Shown: positions 48,412 to 61,283 of the stretch, piece after piece
How positions within the stretch are numbered: position 1 is the first letter of the stretch
Layout of the letters: each line of letters begins with the position of its first letter
Source of the DNA: an uncultured Gammaproteobacteria bacterium
GTDB lineage: Bacteria > Pseudomonadota > Gammaproteobacteria > CAWCPV01
Length of the DNA stretch: 64,000 bases
NCBI GenBank assembly: GCA_963797555.1
Contig: CAWCPV010000003.1
Coordinates: forward strand, 416,001 to 480,000
Direction: 5' to 3'
Position numbers and translations under genes: made by a program
Notes under the pieces: model-generated
What the model was told of the DNA's origin: nothing
Databases searched by the model: none
The model's input: only the letters and a program-made list of their open reading frames with translations

Positions 48412-49214
48412 AATCGCTCACTCCTCTCTCTAAGGTTGTGCTCGCGCGGCTAATATCTGATTGGCAGCGCCGGTCCTGAGCCTGTCTCGACGATTTATCG
48501 TCGCGAGGGTCCCGGCCGGCGGTGGTCAGGCAAGCTGTCGAGCCCGGCGGGAATGCTCCCGGGCGGCATGACGCGAGCCTGGGCGAAGCCGTCCCGGCCG
48601 AAAGGTCGGATGCGCGCTGCAAGCTTCGCGGTAACCGGCCCGCCCCGTTCCGAGCCTGATCGCGCCGCTGGGGCTACTCGCGCGGACCCCAGTCCTCGAC
48701 GGCTGGCGTGCGCCCCCACGGAGGCGAGCGGCCCACACTCGCCGGCCCCATCGCAGCGCACTCTAGTGGGAGCTGTCGCGGCGAGCGCTCTGCCAGCGGC
48801 GGTCCGTGCCGATGTCCCTCCCTCCCCCGCGGCCCCTTTACGCGGGTCTTGGGGAACCCGGCGCAGCATACCGCGGGATAGGCAGTGGGTCGAGACGCGT
48901 GGCAGGCGGTGAGCGGACCATCTCGGCTCCCGGCCAGCAGACGATCTGCACGTCCGCCATCAGATGGCCTACAATGCCGGCAAATAACAAGTCGCGACAG
49001 AGCATTACGCGGCTCGCCCGACCTAACGGCAATGAGCCGGCGGTGCAGATTCATTGGACCCGCACCGCCGCGGCGCTGCCACATGGCGTCTTCGGCGACA
49101 ACGATCCTGCAGGATCTGGAACGTTCGGCATGGCACAGGGTGGTCATCGACGAGGCCCATCAATGTGTGCGCAGGAACGCGGTCGAATAAGCCGCGCTCG
49201 GGAGGGGATCACTG

Positions 49215-53541
<4,327 letters not shown>

Positions 53542-53545
53542 TCCC

Positions 53546-54034
53546 ATGGCAGCCAGGTTCTCGGACCACGAAATCGTCCAGATGCTTCGAGAGCGGAAGC
53601 ACTTGCCGGGGGATTACCAGGCGAAGCTACACTTGCGGGAAAAGCGTGGCCATAAGGAACGTGAGCTTGACTTGGAGGGAGAACAGGGGAGCCAGTACCG
53701 GCTGATATTGCGCCAGAGCAATTTCAACTTGCTGGATTTTTCCATCATCCTCGCCTATAGCCCACCGGCTTCGACCCAATTGTTCCGCCTTCGCCGCTAC
53801 AACGGGAAGAGCCACGAACACACCAACCACATCGAGACCACCACGTTCTACGATTTCCACATCCATCAGGCGACCGAGAGATACCAGGCGATCGGTACAC
53901 GCGAGGATGCTTACGCGGAGGCCACCGATCGTTACAGCGACTTCCGCTCGGCGCTTCGATGTCTGTTGGAAGACTGCGGGTTTGAGCATCCCGAGGGTGC
54001 CCAGAAGTCCCTGTTCGGGGAGTTCGATCTATGA
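53546..54034 (+). CDS. Hypothetical protein (DUF6978-like, His-rich motifs)
   Basis: Intact 162-aa ORF with [13 protein letters not shown] and FHIH motifs; stop overlaps the next start (ATGA). Family label tentative. Confidence 0.7.
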   Translation: MAARFSDHEIVQMLRERKHLPGDYQAKLHLREKRGHKERELDLEGEQGSQYRLILRQSNFNLLDFSIILAYSPPASTQLFRLRRYNGKSHEHTNHIETTTFYDFHIHQATERYQAIGTREDAYAEATDRYSDFRSALRCLLEDCGFEHPEGAQKSLFGEFDL

Positions 54035-54840
54035 CCATCCAAGCTATTGAACAGGATTTTCGAACGAAGGTCTGCTCCAAGATCCGGCTTGCCGAGGAAG
54101 GTGTCGAACGCTTCCGGGTGTTTACCCCTTTCCTTTTCGAGGACGGGGACCACCTTGCCATCGTCATGAAGCGGGAACCGACCGGTTGGGTGCTGTCCGA
54201 CGAAGGACATACCTATATGCACCTCACCTACGATCTGGACGAGAAAGACCTCCAGCGGGGCACCCGGCAGAAATTGATTGCTGGTGCGTTATCGGTCTTC
54301 CATGTGGAGGACCGGGAGGGGGAGCTGGTCCTGCGTGTCCCGGAGGAGCATTTCGGCGACGCCCTCTATTCCTTTGTCCAGGCGCTGCTCAAGGTCACCG
54401 ACGTTTCCTTCCTCTCGCGGGAACGGGTGCGGTCCACGTTCATGGAGGACTTCCGTGAGATGGTGGAGTCCGCCGTCCCAGAGGATCGGCGGACCTTCGA
54501 CTGGCGCCATCCGCAGCACGACCCCCACGGGATGTACATCGTGGACTGCCGGGTCAACGGCATGACCAGGCCGCTGTTCGTCTATGCCCTCCCGAACGAC
54601 GACCGCGTCAGGGACGCCACCATCGGGCTGCTGCAGTTCGAGAAGTGGGGTGTTTCCCATCGATCCCTGGGGATCTTCGAAGAGCAGGAGTCCATCAACC
54701 GGAAGGTGCTGGCGCGCTTCAGCGATGTGTGCGAGAAACAGTTCTCCAGCCTGGGCGCAAACCGAGAGCGGATCACTCGATACCTGGAAGAGACCACGCA
54801 GGAGGTGGACGCTGAGCAGACCAATGGGCGTGACCATTGA
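54031..54840 (+). CDS. DUF1828-like protein
   Basis: Intact 269-aa ORF with [11 protein letters not shown] and [10 protein letters not shown]-terminal motif. Family label from memory. Confidence 0.7.
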   Translation: MTIQAIEQDFRTKVCSKIRLAEEGVERFRVFTPFLFEDGDHLAIVMKREPTGWVLSDEGHTYMHLTYDLDEKDLQRGTRQKLIAGALSVFHVEDREGELVLRVPEEHFGDALYSFVQALLKVTDVSFLSRERVRSTFMEDFREMVESAVPEDRRTFDWRHPQHDPHGMYIVDCRVNGMTRPLFVYALPNDDRVRDATIGLLQFEKWGVSHRSLGIFEEQESINRKVLARFSDVCEKQFSSLGANRERITRYLEETTQEVDAEQTNGRDH

Positions 54841-54952
54841 ACGAACAGGCTTGGGGACCTGGCACCTCCAATTCCTTGCGGGCCATCGATCGCCTTCGGC
54901 CGACCCTCCAATTGTTCCCGAACAGGCTTACCACGGGCGTGCTAGCATATCG

Positions 54953-54967
54953 ATACCAAAACGGTAT
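54953..54967 (+). promoter_or_regulatory. Candidate autoregulatory operator for the TA pair
   Basis: Inverted repeat ATACC-N5-GGTAT just before the AGGAG RBS of the RHH gene. Confidence 0.4.
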
Positions 54968-54980
54968 ACAGGAGTTGCCT

Positions 54981-55292
54981 ATGGCTTCCGTGCTGATAAA
55001 GAACCTGCCTGACGATCTCCACCGCGCGTTGAAGCAGCGAGCCGAGCGCCACCATCGCAGCCTGAACAAGGAAATCATCGCGCTGATCGAGTCGGCCCTG
55101 ACCGGCCAGGCGGGAAAGGAGCCACCGCAGCCCGCCGGGCTGCGTAGGCCCCTTGCGCAAGAGGTGCTGGATGAGGCCCGGCAGAAAAAGGCGGCGCGCG
55201 TCCTTGCGCTGCGCGGAAAGTACCGGAACTCCGTTTCGTCGAGTGAGGAGTTCGCCGCGCGCAAGGCAGCCGAGATCGAGCTGGAACGCTAA
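54981..55292 (+). CDS. Ribbon-helix-helix (FitA/Arc-like) antitoxin
   Basis: MASVLIKNLPDDLHRALKQRAERHHRSLNKEII RHH pattern; RBS AGGAG. Confidence 0.8.
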   Translation: MASVLIKNLPDDLHRALKQRAERHHRSLNKEIIALIESALTGQAGKEPPQPAGLRRPLAQEVLDEARQKKAARVLALRGKYRNSVSSSEEFAARKAAEIELER

Positions 55293-55350
55293 CCGGTCAT
55301 GGCGATTGTCGCCACCCCAGATTATGAAGGCACTTGCGCCATGACCGGTT

Positions 55351-55386
55351 CCCTCACCCCTCCCTCTCCCGCAGGCGGGCGAGGGC
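55351..55386. repeat. REP-like hairpin (CCCTCACCC...CCCTCTCCC...GAGGG type)
   Basis: CCCTCACCCCTCCCTCTCCCGCAGGCGGGCGAGGG forms an imperfect palindrome. Confidence 0.6.
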
Positions 55387-55423
55387 GAGGCGGAGCGCCT
55401 GCGGCGCCTCTTCAGACGAACGC

Positions 55424-55822
55424 ATGAGCTACGTCCTGGATGCGTGCGCTCTCATTGTCTTCCTTCGCGGGGAGGCGGGATCGGAGATTGTCGAAAAACG
55501 CTTGATCGAGGGGACCTGCTACGCGCACGCAGTCAACCTGTGCGAGGTCTACTACGACTGCATCCGCGTCGGGGGAGAGGCCCAGGCCGAAGCGCTGGTC
55601 CGCGAGCTGCTGGATGCGGGTCTGAGCAGCCGTACCGATATCGACGAGGACTTCTGGAAGGACGTCGGGCGGACCAAGGCCGGCGTTGGGCGGATCTCGC
55701 TTGCGGACTGTTTCGCGATCGCCCTGGCGAGGCGGCTGGGCGTGCCCGTACTGACCTCCGATCACCACGAATTCGACGGCATCCTGGCCCAGGGAATCTG
55801 CGCCGTGGAGTTCATTCGGTGA
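55424..55822 (+). CDS. vapC: PIN-domain (VapC-like) ribonuclease toxin
   Basis: YVLDACA, VNLCEV, SLADCFAIALA, LTSDHHEF acidic PIN residues. Confidence 0.88.
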   Translation: MSYVLDACALIVFLRGEAGSEIVEKRLIEGTCYAHAVNLCEVYYDCIRVGGEAQAEALVRELLDAGLSSRTDIDEDFWKDVGRTKAGVGRISLADCFAIALARRLGVPVLTSDHHEFDGILAQGICAVEFIR

Positions 55823-58800
55823 CCGATCGACAGGCAGGCTTGCTCGAGTCGGAGGAAGCAAACAGCGGCGGGCCCCTGACCTGCCTGGGGCTAACCTTCC
55901 CGAACGACGGGGAGCGCCGAAAGCACTTCCTCGGCATTCTGCGCGAGAAGCTGAAGGACCCCGAGTTCCGCAAGATCGAGGGTTTCCCCATCGGCTCGGA
56001 CGAGGACATCCTGCGCCTCTCCGACCCGCCCTATTACACCGCCTGCCCCAACCCTTGGCTCACCGACTTCGTGGCCCATTACGGCCGGCCCTACGACGCG
56101 GCCGAGCCTTACCGCCGCGAGCCCTTCGCCGTGGACGTGAGCGTGGGCAAAACCGACCCGCTCTACAAGGCCCACGGCTACCACACCAAGGTGCCCGCAC
56201 CTCGCCATCGTCCCCTCCATCCTCCACTACACGCGCCCCGGGGACATCGTGCTGGACGGCTTCGCCGGCTCCGGCATGACCGCGGTCGCCGCCCAGTGGT
56301 GCGGCGCCGCCCCGGCCGCGTACCGTTACGAGCTGGAAGCCGAATGGAAGAAGGCCGGACGAGAAAGGCCCCAATGGGGCGCCCGCCGCGCCATCGTCGG
56401 TGACCTCTCGCCCGCTGCCACCTTCATCGCCGCCGGCTACAACCTGCCCTTCGACGTGACGGCCTTCGAGAAGGCTGCGAAACGCCTCCTCGGGGAGGTG
56501 GAGAACGAGATCGGGTGGATGTACAAGACCCTGCATGTGGAGCCTGCTTCCAGCAGGCTCATCCAGCAAACGGGTTTTCAAAAGCCCACTGGAATCGAGC
56601 CGGCTGCAAGCGGGCTCTCAGGCAGGCGGACCGAAGGGATTTCGGAATTCACCGCCCGCCGTGACAACCTCCCACACTGGCAAAGTCCTGGCGCCTTCTA
56701 TTTCCTGACCTTCAACACCAGTCAACACCGTGAATTGTCTCCGGGCGCGCGGGATATCGTGGCTGCAGCCCTGCGACACTGGCACGGGGAGCGGTTGCAG
56801 CTTATCGCCGCGGTCGTCATGCCGGACCACGTTCATGCGTTGATCCAACCGCTCGAAAAACTACCCGGCGTATGGTGGGACCTGGCCGAGCTACTTCACA
56901 GCATCAAGAGTTATTCCGCCAACGAGATCAACAAGCTGGACGACCGTCGGGGCGAGCCTGTGTGGCAGACTGAGAGCTATGACCGGATCGTCCGTGACGA
57001 ACGCGAATACGGCTTCGTGCTGCAATACATCGCCTGGAACCCGATCCGGCAGGGCTTGTGCGACGCTCCGGAGGAGTACCGGTGGTGGATCCAGGGGGAG
57101 GGGTTGAGAAAGGCCGGCTGGAAGCCGGCCCACCGGGCAGGATCAACTACACCGTCTGGAGCGAGGTATTCACCTGTCCCGAGTGCTCGGGCGAGGTGGT
57201 GTTCCTGGAGCAGGCGCTGGACCCGCAGACCAAGCGGGTGAAGGAGGCATTTCCCTGTCCCCATTGCGGGGCGGGACTACCAAGAAGCCGCATGGAGCGG
57301 TTTTACGAGTCCAGGTACGACGCCGCCACCGGTCGACCCGCCGCGTACCCAAGCGCGTGCCCGTGCTCATCAACTACAAGGTGGGTAAGCACGTATTCGA
57401 GAAGGCGCCGGACGCCCATGATTTTGAGATCATCCGCCGCATCGAGGCAGTGCCCCTGCCGCTCGAAGTGCCCACCGACGAGATCCCCCATATGCACATG
57501 ACGCATGAGCGGGCCCGCATGGATCCCGCGGGCGTCACCCACCTCCACCAGTTCTTCCTCCCCCGCCAGGCCCAAGCCCTGGGACTGCTGTGGCGCAAGG
57601 CGCAGGCGGAGGCCGATCCGACGTTGCGGCGGATGCTGCTATTCCTCGTTGAGCAGGCGATCTGCGGGATGTCGGTGCTAAACCGATATGGCCACGCAAG
57701 TTCTCCCAGGTCAACCAGTACCTCCCCGGCGTCTACTACATTCCTCCCAGATCTGCGAGGTCTCGCCCTGGTACGCCTGGACGGCAAGGCCAGCCGTCTC
57801 GGGACGGTTTTCCGGAAGTGGGGCCGGCTTCCAGCCGGCTGAGCCGACAGGATGGTGACTACACATGCGTCACCACTGGCACCGCAGCCGCGCTTGGCAT
57901 CCCGGACAACAGCATCGACTATATCTTCACCGACCCGCCCTTCGGCGAGAACATCTATTACGCCGACTTGAACTTTCTGGTGGAATCCTGGCATCGGGTA
58001 CGCACCGACGCCGAGCCGGAGGCCATCGTGGACCAGGCCAAGAAGAAGGGCCTGCCCGAGTACCAGCATCTGATGCAGCAGTGCTTCGTCGAGTATTGCC
58101 GGGTGCTCAAGCCCGGCCGCTGGATGACGGTGGTCTTTCACAACTCCAGGAACGCGGTCTGGAACGCCATCCAGGAGGCCATGCAGGCGGCGGGCTTCGT
58201 GGTGGCGGACGTGCGCACCCTGGACAAGCAGCAGGGCTCTTACCGCCAGGTGACCAGCACCGCGGTCAAGCAGGACCTGGTCATTTCCGCCTACAAGCCC
58301 AACGGCGGTCTGGAGCAACGCTTCCAGCTCGCCGGCGGCACCGAGGAAGGGGTCTGGGATTTCGTGCGCGCCCACCTCGGGCAACTGCCCGTGTTCGTGG
58401 CGCGCGAGGGCCGCGCCGAGACCATCGCCGAGCGCCAGCCCTACTTCCTCTATGACCGCATGGTCGCCTTCCACGTCCAGCGGGGCATGACCGTGCCGCT
58501 CTCCGCAGCCGAGTTCTACCGGGGGCTGCAGACCCGCTTCATCCCGAGAGACGGCATGGTCTTCCTCCCAGACCAGGCATCCGAATACGACAGGAAGCGC
58601 CTGACCGTCCGGGAGGTGGCGCAGCTCGAAATCGCCGTCTCCGATGAAGCTTCCGCCGTCGGATGGCTGCGTCAGGAACTCTCCAGGAAGCCGCAGACCT
58701 TCCAGCAGCTTCAGCCGCGTTTCATGGAGACCACTCGCGCCGGCTGGCAGAAGCACGAGAAGCCCCTGGAGCTCATGGAGCTGCTGGGGCAGAACTTCCT

Positions 58801-59263
58801 GCACTACGACGGCACGAACCCTATCCCCGCCCAGCTCGTGTCTTGGATGAGACAGAGCGAACCCCTGCGCAAGCTCATCGAGGAAGCCGTCGCGTCCGGC
58901 GATGCCGAGCTGGACAATGGGCAACTGCGCTTCTGTGACGAACGGAAAACGCCGAGCGCCGAACTCAGAACACGCGCCAAAGCGCGCTGGTATGTCCCGG
59001 ACCCGAATAAGGCCGGCGACCTCGAGAAGCTGCGCGACCGTGCGCTCCTCAAGGACTTCGAGGAGTATCGGACCTCCAGCCAGAAGCGCCTGAAGGTCAT
59101 CCGCATCGAGGCCGTCCGCGCCGGATTCAAGAAGGCGTGGCAGGAGCGCGATTACGCCACTATCATCACCGTGGCCCGCAAGATTCCCGAAAATGTCCTC
59201 CAGGAAGACCCGAAGCTCCTCATGTGGTGCGACCAAGCGTTGACCAGAACAGGAGGTCACTGA
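55819..59263 (+). CDS. pglXI: BREX-3 DNA methyltransferase PglXI with inserted RAYT domain; frameshifts near 56195, 57131, 57340 and 57700-57815
   Basis: LSDPPYYTACPNP, HGYHTKVP, LDGFAGSGMT (motif I), CPEC/CPHC Zn ribbon, IDYIFTDPPF (motif IV), RVLKPGRW, FKKAWQ; position in the BREX-3 gene order. Confidence 0.85.
56537..57133 (+). mobile_element. REP-flanked RAYT (Y1 HUH transposase) module inside pglXI
   Basis: RRDNLPHW, YFLTF, VVMPDHVH (HUH), SIKSYSA, WQTESYDRIVRD, YIAWNP (catalytic Tyr). Hairpins at 56537-56560, 56597-56617 and 57113-57133. Confidence 0.88.
57818..57862. repeat. Second REP doublet (REPIN-like) within pglXI
   Basis: GTGGGGCCGGCTTCCAGCCGGC followed by a degenerate inverse copy ending GACTAC (GTAG foot on the - strand). 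Confidence 0.7.
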
Positions 59264-59264
59264 C

Positions 59265-61283
59265 ATGCCATCCGAAACAAAGGCCACCCGTTCGGTTATC
59301 ACACCGAACGACCAGTTCCTTCGCGACGTTTTCGGTGTTTCGAAAGCATATTATGTTGACATCTACCAGCGCGAGTACAAGTGGACGAAAGATAATGTCG
59401 AAACACTCCTCAAGGACATTGAGGGGTATTTTGAGGAGAAACCACGTAACAAAACCGATCCCCGCGACATCCAAGCTGAAGTCAAGGAGGACTTTGAGCC
59501 CTATTTTATCAACACCTACCTGACACACAGTACGGCTAAAAACGTCTCCATTGTTGACGGCCAGCAGAGGCTGACCACTTTCCTTCTGATTCTCATCAAG
59601 CTCTACCATGTACTGAAGACGGTTGAAAAGGACAGTGCGCACTCTGGCAGAACGTTTAGCAGTCAGGCCATCGAGAAGCTAATTTTCGAGAGTGACGACT
59701 TCGGCGGCGCAGGTCGCTTCAAAATATTCAACGAAAACCGAGAAGCAACATTCAGAAGACTCGTTGAGTGTCAACCGATCCAACCGAAAGACGAAACTCA
59801 AAAGCGCATCAAGGACAACTATGACACAATTAGTGAATATTTCGACCGATTCCTTGCCGCGAACGAAGAGCCCGAACGTTACAGCCTGCGTAAGATTACG
59901 TATTACCTTTGCTATTTGCTCGATCGCGTTTCGATCGTTGAGATCAAGATAGAAAAGCAGAAAAACGTGCCCATGATTTTTGAAGTCGTCAACGATCGCG
60001 GGCTAGGTCTTTTGCCATATGAGATCCTCAAGGGCAAGCTGATCGGCAATCTGCCAGTTGAACAAAAGGAACACGCCAATTCTGTTTGGACCCAATTGCA
60101 GGACGACTACTTCAACGCCAACGCTGAGCTGAAGAACAGCACTGAAGCACAACTTGACCTTGACATGTTTTTTCGTACATTCCTGCGCGCCAAGTTCGCG
60201 GACTCGGAAAGCGAGTATGACAAGTTCGAAGGCGATTATCATAACAAGATGTATCGAGATCCGAAGGTACGAGCTTACTTTCAGGATTTTGCCGATCATA
60301 ATCTACTCTACAGCCGTGTTACAGGAGATATCAAATACTTCACAGACATCTATCTGTGGCTAAGGACGACTTACGATAACGAGTACTTGATTTTTAACAA
60401 GCTGTTGGATCAGAACCTACAATACCTACTGATTCTATCGAACCTCACGGCCAACGATCCCGAACTATCCACGAAAGTAACAGGAATTGCGAAAAAGTTC
60501 GATCAGTTCCACGCCGTAATCCGGTTGTTGGACATATACGAAAGTAGTGCGTTTCAGAGAACCATTTTCCCTGTCAATCGGGATATAAGGGATCGGTCGG
60601 TTCCTCAGGCCAAAGCGGTCTTTGATCGGGAATTGATTCGTAACCTGGAAGAATCTGAGGCAGTTCGTACAGGTGAGGTAAGGACAATGGAAGACCTTTT
60701 TACCTTCGAAAGATTTCGGGGAGTCCGCAATAGGTGGGTCAATTTCAGCAAGTACGTGTTGATGCGTGTCGACCGCTATCTAGCGGAACAACTTGACAAG
60801 CCATCCTATGCTAGTGGCCCTCTGGAAGATCTGGAGGAGCACTTCAATAGGACGACGAGACGCAGGTATGGCATGCATCTGGAACACATTTACGCTAACA
60901 ATGAGGCCAACATGGCGCTTTTCGCTCAAGGTGAGTACGGATTTGACGAACAAGCTTTCAATACAGAGCGCAACAAGCTAGGTATGGTCCTTTTATTGAA
61001 GGACAGTCAAAACCTCAGCAGTGGCAATGATAAATATTGTGGCAAGGTGGATACTTACGCGAAGAGCAACTTCATTTGGAATGAGATGCTGGCAGGCCAT
61101 CTGCCTTCTGTTGACGAACGTAACCTTCCCGAGGATTTACGTGTAGGAGCCGTTCCGCCTGATATGTCTGGTGTCTTCCCAAGAGACAAGATCGAGGATC
61201 GGCAACGGCTTATTTATAATGCAATAAGACGTCTTTGGTATGAAAATGTTGGCGACGACCGAGCAACAGCTTCCGACTGCTAG
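59265..61283 (+). CDS. GmrSD-like (DUF262 plus HNH/DUF1524-type) modification-dependent nuclease
   Basis: YQREYKW, IVDGQQRLTT, FEVVNDRG, C-terminal LEHI...N..GMVLLL...N; visibly AT-richer than its flanks. Confidence 0.85.
   Translation: MPSETKATRSVITPNDQFLRDVFGVSKAYYVDIYQREYKWTKDNVETLLKDIEGYFEEKPRNKTDPRDIQAEVKEDFEPYFINTYLTHSTAKNVSIVDGQQRLTTFLLILIKLYHVLKTVEKDSAHSGRTFSSQAIEKLIFESDDFGGAGRFKIFNENREATFRRLVECQPIQPKDETQKRIKDNYDTISEYFDRFLAANEEPERYSLRKITYYLCYLLDRVSIVEIKIEKQKNVPMIFEVVNDRGLGLLPYEILKGKLIGNLPVEQKEHANSVWTQLQDDYFNANAELKNSTEAQLDLDMFFRTFLRAKFADSESEYDKFEGDYHNKMYRDPKVRAYFQDFADHNLLYSRVTGDIKYFTDIYLWLRTTYDNEYLIFNKLLDQNLQYLLILSNLTANDPELSTKVTGIAKKFDQFHAVIRLLDIYESSAFQRTIFPVNRDIRDRSVPQAKAVFDRELIRNLEESEAVRTGEVRTMEDLFTFERFRGVRNRWVNFSKYVLMRVDRYLAEQLDKPSYASGPLEDLEEHFNRTTRRRYGMHLEHIYANNEANMALFAQGEYGFDEQAFNTERNKLGMVLLLKDSQNLSSGNDKYCGKVDTYAKSNFIWNEMLAGHLPSVDERNLPEDLRVGAVPPDMSGVFPRDKIEDRQRLIYNAIRRLWYENVGDDRATASDC

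Noticed and set aside
56537-57133. Intein as the explanation for the pglXI insert
   Set aside because: No N-terminal Cys/Ser or C-terminal His-Asn followed by Cys/Ser/Thr. The insert has HUH/Y1 motifs and DNA hairpin ends instead.
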